Part shown: positions 10,519 to 18,847 of the stretch, piece after piece
How the letters are laid out: every line of letters begins with the position of its first letter
Numbering within the stretch: the first letter of the stretch is position 1
Assembly: GCA_022361075.1 (NCBI GenBank)
Contig: JAKSBQ010000357.1
Coordinates: forward strand, 1,472-65,471
Direction of reading: 5' to 3'
Length of the DNA stretch: 64,000 nucleotides
Origin: Opitutales bacterium
Lineage (GTDB): Bacteria; Verrucomicrobiota; Verrucomicrobiia; Opitutales; JAFGAQ01
Notes under the pieces: model-generated
Told to the model about the DNA's origin: nothing
The model's input: only the letters and a program-made list of their open reading frames with translations
Databases searched by the model: none
Position numbers and translations under genes: made by a program

Positions 10519-11343
10519 CTATTCTTTTCTTAACCAAATATCCTTTTGAATTTGATCACAGGTTAAATCAGAGAATCCCTTAACTATCCACTCATGGGCT
10601 TGATTGAACCAGTTTTGTAAAGAAGTAGATTCTAGTTTATTAATAGGAATACCTTTTGCGCCTAGCTCAAAGAGTAGGACCTCTTCGCCATCTCTAGTTC
10701 TTTTCGCCTTTCTGATCAAAGTATTTAAACGCCCAGAATCATTTGGAAAATTGAATGAATCTCTCCACTGAAACACGTCTGGGTGAGGGAGAAATCTACT
10801 AGAGCAGTTGTTCCACGAAAAATCTTTAAACACTTTTCCTACATCTGCAGTTGATTCCCAACCATCACCTTTTGGGATGTGATTAATGTAGGTTAGTTCA
10901 AATTGTGTAGGTTCTAGCTCCCCTAGATTATTATCCGATATAAATTTAGTGAAAGCTTCTAAATGCTCTAAGAAATGTGCAAATACTACACTGAACCTTG
11001 GGTATTCTTCCAATGACGAGTTTTTGCGCCAATTGTATATAAATAAATCTCTCTGAAATTGAATTACTGCATTCCCTTTCGAGTGAACAAACCATACTCT
11101 CGGCAATGGGGGTTTATCATCAACTCTAAACTCGATGTTTTGTTGACCTCCACATGTTTCGATTGGGGTTACTAAATTTGGATGTTCAGAGAACTCATTA
11201 TAATCTGGTTGGAACTTTTGCCAGAGTAGCCCGATATGAGGTGCAAGAAATCCTATGATTTCCTTGAACCGGATACCACAAACAACCTCAATAACCGGAG
11301 GTGATTCGTAGCTTGGGAAATCTGTCAGTGTTTGTTGGTTCAC
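10519..11343 (-). CDS. Islet gene 2: TIGR04255-like uncharacterised protein (274 aa)
   Basis: GTG start at 11343. The N-terminal 'FPSYESPPVIEVVCGIRF' matches my memory of the TIGR04255 opening pattern Y-x-x-x-P-[LI]-x-E-[AV]-x-x-x-[IV]-x-F. The length is also typical. Needs HMM confirmation. Confidence 0.7.
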   Translation of the reverse strand: MNQQTLTDFPSYESPPVIEVVCGIRFKEIIGFLAPHIGLLWQKFQPDYNEFSEHPNLVTPIETCGGQQNIEFRVDDKPPLPRVWFVHSKGNAVIQFQRDLFIYNWRKNSSLEEYPRFSVVFAHFLEHLEAFTKFISDNNLGELEPTQFELTYINHIPKGDGWESTADVGKVFKDFSWNNCSSRFLPHPDVFQWRDSFNFPNDSGRLNTLIRKAKRTRDGEEVLLFELGAKGIPINKLESTSLQNWFNQAHEWIVKGFSDLTCDQIQKDIWLRKE

Positions 11344-11355
11344 TTTTGCAAATAC

Positions 11356-11559
11356 TTAGTCTTGATTAGGAGGAATCAGTTCACCAGATTTGATTAACTC
11401 ACGTAGCTTTTCAGCAAGTAATCTCTCTGCGGTTTCAGTTGGATTTTTCCCATACAAACCATGTCCATTTCTTGCGAGTGATTCCAGACATTTCACTAAG
11501 TAAGGATTAGTAGAAAGTCTTAGTTGCTTGGTGGGCAAATCATTCGCATTTCTTGCCAT
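11356..11559 (-). CDS. Islet gene 1: 67-aa putative ribbon-helix-helix DNA-binding protein
   Basis: The pattern beta-strand (KQLRLST), helix (NPYLVKCLESLA), helix (NPTETAERLLAEKLRELI) fits an RHH/CopG-like fold. It is the first gene of the operon, and a palindrome overlaps its start codon. Confidence 0.6.
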   Translation of the reverse strand: MARNANDLPTKQLRLSTNPYLVKCLESLARNGHGLYGKNPTETAERLLAEKLRELIKSGELIPPNQD

Positions 11560-11597
11560 AATAATGTAATTATTATGTCTTTATTACGGCTTTTCAA
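11558..11597 (-). promoter_or_regulatory. Putative promoter with palindromic operator for the islet operon
   Basis: Minus-strand sense reads TTGAAA (11597-11592), a 17-nt spacer, then AATAAT (11574-11569). The perfect palindrome ATAATAAT-TAC-ATTATTAT (11576-11558) covers the -10 element and runs into the ATG at 11559-11557. This implies a leaderless or very short-leader mRNA. Confidence 0.35.
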
Positions 11598-11770
11598 TGT
11601 AATTCGAAAGTTTTAACGAAAAGTTATACACATCGATAGAATCTCATAATTGATTACAAAATTTGTCTCAAAATCTTGTAATTGAAGTAACAATTCATAT
11701 TCTGTAACTTGTTCATTACCTGAATGTTATCACTTCTGAAAATCATCTTCCCTACGGGATGCCATTTTTT

Positions 11771-11798
11771 TACGGATATGGCGTATGCGCAACCCATT
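11771..11798 (+). repeat. Direct repeat copy 2 (attR-like): orphan tRNA-Glu 3' fragment
   Basis: CCCTACGGGATGCCATTTTTTTACGGAT. The remaining tRNA body is absent upstream of it. Confidence 0.75.
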
Positions 11799-12060
11799 AG
11801 TAGCTTATTGATTTTTTGAGGTTTAGGAAAAATTTCCATTTGGAAATGGTAACCATTTTAACCCGTGGAAAGTCTACTAGAATTGAAGAAAATACCTCAT
11901 TCGGACTCCAGTAAATCCCCTTTGTACTCTGATTTTGGTATCCGGGATTACAACTCAAACAGGTTCACATGTTTGATGCCAGTGGAACAGGTCAGAGACA
12001 GACCTTTTCCACTCTTGTTCGGTAGTGTTTGAAGCATTGAAAATATCAGTTTCAATTGCT

Positions 12061-12507
12061 TTAGTTCTTAACATTGGAGGATGAAATAGCTTTTACTAAT
12101 TCCGGATCTAGGTTTTTCAAATCGGAAAGTTGCTTAAGAATCGATTCTACTTGCTGAGAATCTTCGCGTAATAATTCAATAAACTTTTCCTCCTCAGGTG
12201 ATTTGGTTTCAAAATGATCGAGGATTTGCAACTGGTTCTGTAAGTTGCGTATTAGGTGATTTACCCCCAACATTGTTTCACGGTATAGCTTGGTTTTTTC
12301 CCGATCTTTTCGTCGGATGAGAGAAGAGATCAAGTCCAGATTGATGCCTAAAAGAATCAAAGGAATGGAGGGTATTGTTAAATCTAGTGCATTATTGTGC
12401 AGATCGTAAACCCATTTTATAAGGTCAGTATTTGTCAAAACTTCAACGCAGAATGCAGTAACGGCCAGGATTGAAAGAGCTAACGTATTTTTAAATTTCT
12501 TAATCAT
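12061..12507 (-). CDS. Small membrane protein with C-terminal helical region, unknown function
   Basis: Met22 (MIKKFKNTLALSILAVTAFC...) is the preferred start. It has two hydrophobic helices followed by a charged helical tail. Non-coding stretches of about 260-290 bp flank it in an AT-rich region. Confidence 0.5.
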   Translation of the reverse strand: MIKKFKNTLALSILAVTAFCVEVLTNTDLIKWVYDLHNNALDLTIPSIPLILLGINLDLISSLIRRKDREKTKLYRETMLGVNHLIRNLQNQLQILDHFETKSPEEEKFIELLREDSQQVESILKQLSDLKNLDPELVKAISSSNVKN

Positions 12508-12855
12508 TATGATTTGTCTTAATTCAAGTTGGCCAGTACAAGTTCCTTCCCAAACTTTTTTGGAAGCCAACTACCTCACTCTAAAGGTGTTACACCGCTT
12601 GGTTTAAATGTAAAGAATCTTTAAAATAAGGGATCTGGAACTCCTGTTCCTTTGGCGTCTTACTTAGCTTACCTCTCAGGAAAGGTGTTTTTGTTTGATG
12701 ACAGCAAATCACTCAATTTCTGGTATCAAATACCTATTAGAGCTCAAAATTGATACTTTGCTGGAAGCTATTGATAATCAATAAGTTAATGTTTTCTGAC
12801 TAAGAATTGTCTATCTAGAGAGCGTCCTTTTTTGTATAGGCTTAACAGAGATTCA

Positions 12856-14436
12856 TTACTTGTTCTCCTCAATGATTCTGTATGTCGTTGAATCCTCGAA
12901 CACTCGCCCAAAACGATCCGTAATTCTTACTTGGATCGTGTGGATACCGGGCTCGAGTCTGGATGGAACGCTACCTATCCAAATGTGGTTGGATTCCACT
13001 GGATATGAAAGGGGTTTGTCGGGTGAAGGTGTGCTGATCTGGTCACGTTTGAGTCGGTTGTAGGTGTATTGGGGGTCGGGAGCTTTGGTGTGTTTTGCAG
13101 TTTTCCATTTTCTTTCATTGATACGGTATTCCACTTTTGCTTGTTCACTTCCGTTAAAGAAGTTTACGGCAAGCAACCCGTTTCCATAGGAGTGGGGATA
13201 AAGTGCTTTGGGAGCGTAAATGCTCATCACGTAGTCGGACGGTGCGTTCGCCACTTTGTAGTCATAAGTGTAGGTGTTTCCCTCGAAGTTCAGGATCGCA
13301 TATCCGTTGGGTGTGCCATCCCTCATGGTAGTCACGGGGATTCCACGTTCGTCTTTATCGCCGCTCCACCAATTTCCGCTGGTTGTGCCCACGTTGTAAT
13401 GATGATGGGGAACGTCCAGATGAGGCCAGTGATCGTGGTCGTGATCGAAGAAGTGATGATTTTGTGTGTGAGTGTGCGCGGAGAGTGAAAGTGTATGAGG
13501 ATGGTCCTTAAAAAGAGCGAAGAACTTCTTACGATCTTCATCTAAGAAGCTTTTACTTTCGGTGTATCCCTCGTCATAGAGCGGGATGTGCATCATGGTC
13601 ACGATGAGTTTATCCGACGGAATGTGCTCTAGTAAATTTTCAAGGAACGTCAGTTGCCACTCGTCAAAGCCACCCATGTATCGATGGTTTTTGTAAGGGA
13701 AGAGCACGTTGTCCAAAGCCACAAATACGACATCACTAATTTGAAAGGCGTAAACCGGGGGTCCGTAAATCGACTCGAATGTTTCGTCTGCATACTTTCC
13801 CTCTTTCGCGTCGAAGTTCATGTCGTGGTTGCCATAGACGTGCCACCATGGGCGATCCATGAGTGCGGTGACTGCATTCATTTTGTGGAAAAGGTCCAGA
13901 TCGTCTCCTACAATGTCGCCGAGCGAAACCCCCGCCACGGGTCCCTTTAACTCCCGCGCCTCCTCTACTATGTCGCGACGGAAGTAGTCTACATCATCAA
14001 TTGTGTAGGGTTGGGGGTCACCGAAAGCGAATAGTGAGAATTTTTCACCTGTTTCACTTGGGTTTAGTGGAAAATCTACAGAGTCTGGCAGCGGTCCGGT
14101 TGGGGAGACTCCTGGGTACTCCAACCCCTCCGGAGAACCGTTTGGTTTGTGGATGTAATAAAATTGGGGGAGATTAAACTCGTTCACAGGCACTCCCCAA
14201 CCCTTGGGCTGAATTACAAACAAGATCGTGTCGTCAGTAACCTTTAACTCATAAGCGCCGTTGTCGTCAGTGGCGACGACTTCGGTGCCGTTAGAAACGA
14301 GAACGCTAGCGATTCCTTTTTCGCCAGAATCCTTAATCGAGTTTTGATTTTCGTCATGAAATACGAATCCTGTGGCAGTTTGACCTGCGTAGGTGACTGA
14401 AGGAAGCAGTAGGAGTGCAAAAAGAAGGGTTCTCAT
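12856..14436 (-). CDS. Secreted calcineurin-like metallophosphoesterase
   Basis: Signal peptide MRTLLFALLLLPSVTYA. Phosphoesterase motifs GDPQ, GDIVGDD, GNHD, MHIP and a His-rich segment (SAHTHTQNHHFFDHDHDHWPH). Confidence 0.85.
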   Translation of the reverse strand: MRTLLFALLLLPSVTYAGQTATGFVFHDENQNSIKDSGEKGIASVLVSNGTEVVATDDNGAYELKVTDDTILFVIQPKGWGVPVNEFNLPQFYYIHKPNGSPEGLEYPGVSPTGPLPDSVDFPLNPSETGEKFSLFAFGDPQPYTIDDVDYFRRDIVEEARELKGPVAGVSLGDIVGDDLDLFHKMNAVTALMDRPWWHVYGNHDMNFDAKEGKYADETFESIYGPPVYAFQISDVVFVALDNVLFPYKNHRYMGGFDEWQLTFLENLLEHIPSDKLIVTMMHIPLYDEGYTESKSFLDEDRKKFFALFKDHPHTLSLSAHTHTQNHHFFDHDHDHWPHLDVPHHHYNVGTTSGNWWSGDKDERGIPVTTMRDGTPNGYAILNFEGNTYTYDYKVANAPSDYVMSIYAPKALYPHSYGNGLLAVNFFNGSEQAKVEYRINERKWKTAKHTKAPDPQYTYNRLKRDQISTPSPDKPLSYPVESNHIWIGSVPSRLEPGIHTIQVRITDRFGRVFEDSTTYRIIEENK

Positions 14437-14578
14437 AATGGTGGTGCTTGTATGGTCGATAGGATGGAAGTGTTTGTTTCAGTTATCAACCGAATCCGGA
14501 AATTGTTTCAGAGATGTCACCGTGTGGCTCTTGAGTATAAAAATTGCGAATCTGGCGATCCAAGTTAGTATCCGATCT

Positions 14579-16294
14579 ATGAAAAAAATCCCTACCACTA
14601 TTCCGATCCTCTTTCTTACCCTGGTGACTTTTCTGAATGCAGCCGACCGCCATGTAGGTGAAATGTTCGCGACGAGATCAGAAGTCGTCGCGCAAAATGG
14701 GATTGTTGCGACGCGGCATCCGCTCGCTTCTCAAATCGGACTGCAGGTTTTGAAGCAAGGAGGGTCTGCGGTTGACGCAGCCATCGCAGCGAATTCCGCA
14801 CTCGGGCTCATGTGCCCAAACGTGAACGGAATCGGTGGGGATCTTTTCGCGATCGTGTGGGATCCGAAAACCGAAAAACTCTATGGGCTCAATGCCAGCG
14901 GTCGTTCACCAATGAGTCTGACACGAGAGGAATTTGAGAAACATGATATAACCCAGTCGATTCCAATCTTCGGAAAGTTTTCGGTATCGGTTCCCGGGTG
15001 TGTCGATGGTTGGTTTGAGCTACATGGCAAATTTGGAAAACTGTCTATGGCCGAAGTCCTTGCCCAAACGATTGGTTATGCGAGGCAAGGTTTTCCGGTT
15101 TCGGAGATGGTTGCAGACGGATGGAAGTCCTCAGTCAAAAGCCGTTCCAAAAGGGAGGACCATCATGGATTCATGGAGACTTTTTCGAAGGAAGGCAGAG
15201 CTCCTGAGAAGGGTGAGGTTTGGAGAAATCCAGCCTTAGCAAAAACCCTTTCACAGATTGCTGAAGGTGGCAGAGATGTTTTTTATGGGGGAGAACTAGC
15301 TGAAAAAATCGCCGCTTACATGAAGTCGATCGGAGGTTATCTGAGCTTAGAGGATCTTGAGAATCACCGAAGCGAGTGGGTGGATCCTGTTTTTGCAAAC
15401 TATCGTGGGTGGGACGTGTGGGAACTGCCTCCCAACGGTCAGGGAATCGCCGCCCTGCAAATGCTGAATGTCTTGGAAGGTTTTGATTTAAGTAAAGTAG
15501 GGTTCGGTAGCACCGAGCATATTCACTACCTCGTGGAAGCGAAGAAGCTTGCTTACGAAGACCGTGCAAAATTCTATGCCGATCCTTCTTTTTCAGAAAT
15601 CCCAGTCGACTGGCTTATCTCGAAGAGATATGCGGATGAGCGACGCAAGTTGATTAAAACTAATCGAAGCGCAAAATCCTACGCGTCAGGAGTTCTTCAG
15701 CACGGCGACACCGTCTACCTCTGTGCAGCGGATAAGGACGGTATGATGGTGTCTCTCATCCAGAGTAATTTTTGGGGATTTGGTTCGGGCGTTTGCATTC
15801 CGGAGCTGGGATTTGGTCTGCAAAATCGAGGAGCTTCTTTCACCTTCGAAAAGGGACATGCCAATGAGTACCAGCCAGGCAAACGACCATTTCATACGAT
15901 CATTCCTGCTTTTGTGACCGAAAATGGAAGACCTTTGATGGCTTTCGGAGTCATGGGTGGGCAGATGCAGCCACAGGGACATGTTCAGATCATTCTTAAT
16001 CTGAAAGATTTTGGAATGAACCTACAGGAAGCGGGAGATGCTCCTCGGATTAATCACGTTGGGTCTTCCCAGCCCTACGGCCCTGAGGGTCCGATGGTGA
16101 ATGGTGGTCGAGTTTACTACGAATCTGATTTTGATTCACAAGCGGTTCGTGATCTTCGGAAGATGGGACACGACATGCGCCCGGGACTTGGGTATCAGTT
16201 TGGAGGGTATCATGCAATCTTTCGAGATCCTGAAACAGGAGTGTATTTTGGAGCATCCGAAAGCCGTGCGGATGGCCAAGCGGTAGGGTTTTAG
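14579..16294 (+). CDS. ggt: Gamma-glutamyltransferase
   Basis: The internal Met (MKKIPTTIPILFLTLVTFLNA, signal peptide) is the preferred start. GGT hallmarks: GGSAVDAAIA, GGDLF, the autoprocessing-site region GDTVYLCAADKDGMMVSLIQSN, and GVMGG. Confidence 0.9.
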   Translation: MKKIPTTIPILFLTLVTFLNAADRHVGEMFATRSEVVAQNGIVATRHPLASQIGLQVLKQGGSAVDAAIAANSALGLMCPNVNGIGGDLFAIVWDPKTEKLYGLNASGRSPMSLTREEFEKHDITQSIPIFGKFSVSVPGCVDGWFELHGKFGKLSMAEVLAQTIGYARQGFPVSEMVADGWKSSVKSRSKREDHHGFMETFSKEGRAPEKGEVWRNPALAKTLSQIAEGGRDVFYGGELAEKIAAYMKSIGGYLSLEDLENHRSEWVDPVFANYRGWDVWELPPNGQGIAALQMLNVLEGFDLSKVGFGSTEHIHYLVEAKKLAYEDRAKFYADPSFSEIPVDWLISKRYADERRKLIKTNRSAKSYASGVLQHGDTVYLCAADKDGMMVSLIQSNFWGFGSGVCIPELGFGLQNRGASFTFEKGHANEYQPGKRPFHTIIPAFVTENGRPLMAFGVMGGQMQPQGHVQIILNLKDFGMNLQEAGDAPRINHVGSSQPYGPEGPMVNGGRVYYESDFDSQAVRDLRKMGHDMRPGLGYQFGGYHAIFRDPETGVYFGASESRADGQAVGF

Positions 16295-16379
16295 CTTTTA
16301 GGTTGCAGTTGTTCGTTTTATTCAGAAGTAATTACTGCGCTTCATTGACTTTTGAAACAACAAACCAACGATTAACCGT

Positions 16380-17687
16380 ATGTTGAACCCAAAATTTAAA
16401 GGAATGGGCACTCAAGCCCTCCACGCAGCTCAGGCTCCCGATCCTGCCACAGGATCTCGTGCGGTCCCTTTGCACCAAACCACGAGCTTTGTATTTCGAG
16501 ACACCGAGCATGCTGCCAATCTTTTTGGGCTCAAAGAGCTAGGGCATATTTACACCCGATTGAACAATCCGACGAATGACGTGATTGAGGGGCGTATCGC
16601 CGCCCTTGAAGGTGGTATTGCGGGACTCGCGCACTCAAGTGGACAGGCGGCGATTACCAACGCGATTTTGAACATTTGTTCTTCTGGCGATCACATGATT
16701 TCGGTCTCCCAGCTCTATGGAGGCACTTACAATTTGTTCAAATACACGCTGCCCAAGCTCGGAATTGAAGTGAGTTTCGTTGATAGTGATGATCCCGAAA
16801 GCTTTAAAAGGGCGATTCAGCCGAACACCAAGCTCATCTACGGTGAAAGTATTGGAAATCCACGCCTGAATATTTTTCCGTTTGATGAGGTTGCAGTGAT
16901 TGCGAAAAGCGAGGGTTTACCTCTCGTGATCGATAATACGGCTCTGACTCCGATGGTGTGTCGTCCGCTCGATTGGGGCGCAAATGTGGTTGTTTATAGT
17001 ACCACGAAATACATCGGTGGTCATGGAACCTCGATCGGGGGTATCGTGATCGATGGTGGAAATTTCGACTGGGGCAATGGGAAGTTTCCCGGTTTTACTG
17101 AGCCTGACGATAGCTACCACGGCCTGGTTCATTGGGATGCGTTTAAAGAATTTCCTCCTGCTGGAGGTGCGAACGTGGCTTACATCTTAAAGATGCGTTT
17201 GCAGCTGATGCGCGATATGGGCGCTTGTCCCTCACCGTTTAATTCCTGGATGAAAATTCAAGGGCTTGAAACTTTGCATCTGCGTATGGAACGTCATTGT
17301 GAAAATGCACAGAAAGTCGCGGAGTATCTTCAAGGTCATGACAAGGTGTCTTGGGTGAATTACCCAGGTCTTTCAGATAGTCCTTATCACGAGACAGCAA
17401 AGAAATATTTGAGAAAAGGATTCGGAGCACTTGTGGGCTTCGGAATCAAAGGTGGAGTTGAAGCAGGTAAACGGTTTATCGAAGGTTTGGAGCTTCACAG
17501 TCACCTGGCAAATATCGGTGATGCGAAATCCCTGGCAATCCATCCTGCCACGACGACACACTCCCAATTGACTCAGGAAGAACAGGCGGCTTCGGGAGTG
17601 ACCGAAGATTTTGTTCGCCTTTCCGTAGGAATTGAGGATATCGAAGACATTATTACCGACATTGATTCGGCTTTGCAGAAGGCCTAA
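16380..17687 (+). CDS. metY: O-acetylhomoserine sulfhydrylase / aminocarboxypropyltransferase (PLP-dependent)
   Basis: [30 protein letters not shown] opening. PLP-lysine region [18 protein letters not shown]. 435 aa. Confidence 0.9.
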   Translation: MLNPKFKGMGTQALHAAQAPDPATGSRAVPLHQTTSFVFRDTEHAANLFGLKELGHIYTRLNNPTNDVIEGRIAALEGGIAGLAHSSGQAAITNAILNICSSGDHMISVSQLYGGTYNLFKYTLPKLGIEVSFVDSDDPESFKRAIQPNTKLIYGESIGNPRLNIFPFDEVAVIAKSEGLPLVIDNTALTPMVCRPLDWGANVVVYSTTKYIGGHGTSIGGIVIDGGNFDWGNGKFPGFTEPDDSYHGLVHWDAFKEFPPAGGANVAYILKMRLQLMRDMGACPSPFNSWMKIQGLETLHLRMERHCENAQKVAEYLQGHDKVSWVNYPGLSDSPYHETAKKYLRKGFGALVGFGIKGGVEAGKRFIEGLELHSHLANIGDAKSLAIHPATTTHSQLTQEEQAASGVTEDFVRLSVGIEDIEDIITDIDSALQKA

Positions 17688-17713
17688 ATTGTCCCATTTA
17701 CGAAATTTCATTC

Positions 17714-18778
17714 ATGAGCAAGAGCTATAAAATCGCAACAATTCCCGGTGATGGCACTGGGCCAGAAGTAACGCAGGAGGCGGTCAAAGTCCTTAACACG
17801 ATCGCGCCAAAATACGGATTCTCACTGGACCTACAGGAGTATGATATCGGTGGAGATCGTTATCTGAACACTGGCGAAGTCCTTCCAGGTTCTGTTTTGG
17901 AAGAATTCCGCGGGTTTGATGCGTTGTTGTTAGGGGCTATTGGACACCCTGACGTGAAACCAGGCATTCTTGAGAAAGGAATTCTGCTACGTACTCGTTT
18001 TGAGCTCGATCAATACATCAATCTTCGTCCGATCAAGCTTTTCCCTGGTGTGGAGACTCCTCTGAAAGACAAGGGTCCTGAACATATCGATTATGTGGTC
18101 GTTCGTGAAAATTCAGGAGACGTTTATTGCGGTGCAGGTGGGTTTACGATGAAAGGAACTCCCCATGAATCTGCTGTTCAGACAGGAGTTTATACTCGTC
18201 ACCAAGTCGACCGTTGTTTGAAGTTTGCTTACGATTACACTAAAAAGCGTAACAAGAACAACACACTTGCGCTTTGTGGTAAGACTAACGTCCTAACCTA
18301 CATTTACGACCTTTGGGAGCGTGCATTTAACGAGATGGGTGAAAAAGATTACCCGGAAATCCAGCGCGACTACTATCACGTAGATGCAACGTGTATGTGG
18401 ATGGTGAAGAGCCCAGAGTGGTTCGACGTGATCGTGACCGGTAATATGTTTGGCGATATTATCACCGACCTCGGTGCGATTACTCAAGGTGGTATGGGTA
18501 TCGCTGCAGGTGGTAATATTAACCCAGAGGGTGTCTCTATGTTTGAGCCGATCGGTGGAAGTGCTCCAAAATATACGGGTAAGGGTGTGATCAATCCGCT
18601 GGCTGCTGTTTGTGCAGCTCAGATGATGCTTGATAACCTAGGTGAAACCGAAGCTGCAAAAGTCATCGAGGAAGCAGTAATGGATGTAACTGCTAACAAA
18701 CTTGAGAGTTTGTCTGCCGGGCGCATGGGATTCTCTACCAGCGAAGTCGGAGATCTTATCTGCGAAAGAGTTTCGTAA
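17714..18778 (+). CDS. Isocitrate/isopropylmalate dehydrogenase-family enzyme (LeuB or tartrate/D-malate dehydrogenase-like)
   Basis: IATIPGDGTGPEV opening, NLRP, NMFGDIITD, FEPIGGSAPKYTGKGVINPLA. The exact substrate cannot be set by eye. Confidence 0.85.
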   Translation: MSKSYKIATIPGDGTGPEVTQEAVKVLNTIAPKYGFSLDLQEYDIGGDRYLNTGEVLPGSVLEEFRGFDALLLGAIGHPDVKPGILEKGILLRTRFELDQYINLRPIKLFPGVETPLKDKGPEHIDYVVVRENSGDVYCGAGGFTMKGTPHESAVQTGVYTRHQVDRCLKFAYDYTKKRNKNNTLALCGKTNVLTYIYDLWERAFNEMGEKDYPEIQRDYYHVDATCMWMVKSPEWFDVIVTGNMFGDIITDLGAITQGGMGIAAGGNINPEGVSMFEPIGGSAPKYTGKGVINPLAAVCAAQMMLDNLGETEAAKVIEEAVMDVTANKLESLSAGRMGFSTSEVGDLICERVS

Positions 18779-18803
18779 ACACGTAGTTTTCCGAGTTTTC
18801 TGA

Positions 18804-18837
18804 AACGATGATCTTCACAGGGTCATCGTTTTTTTTG
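18804..18837. terminator. Rho-independent terminator between convergent genes
   Basis: AACGATGA-tcttcacagggTCATCGTT followed by T7. It lies 26 nt after the dehydrogenase stop. Confidence 0.6.
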
Positions 18838-18847
18838 CTCGATTTTA

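Noticed and set aside
11654-11839. 61-aa minus-strand ORF
   Set aside because: It spans the distal att-like repeat and the promoter region of the islet operon. It is A/T-driven with no supporting features.
12770-12782. Palindrome ATTGATAATCAAT resembling a Fur-box half
   Set aside because: It is a single 13-bp site that matches only part of the 19-bp Fur consensus in an AT-rich region. This could easily be chance, so it is mentioned only as context in the AT-rich flank finding.
14393-14578. 62-aa N-terminal extension of the GGT ORF
   Set aside because: It overlaps the start of the divergent phosphoesterase gene and lacks a signal peptide. The internal Met at 14579 is followed by a classic signal sequence.
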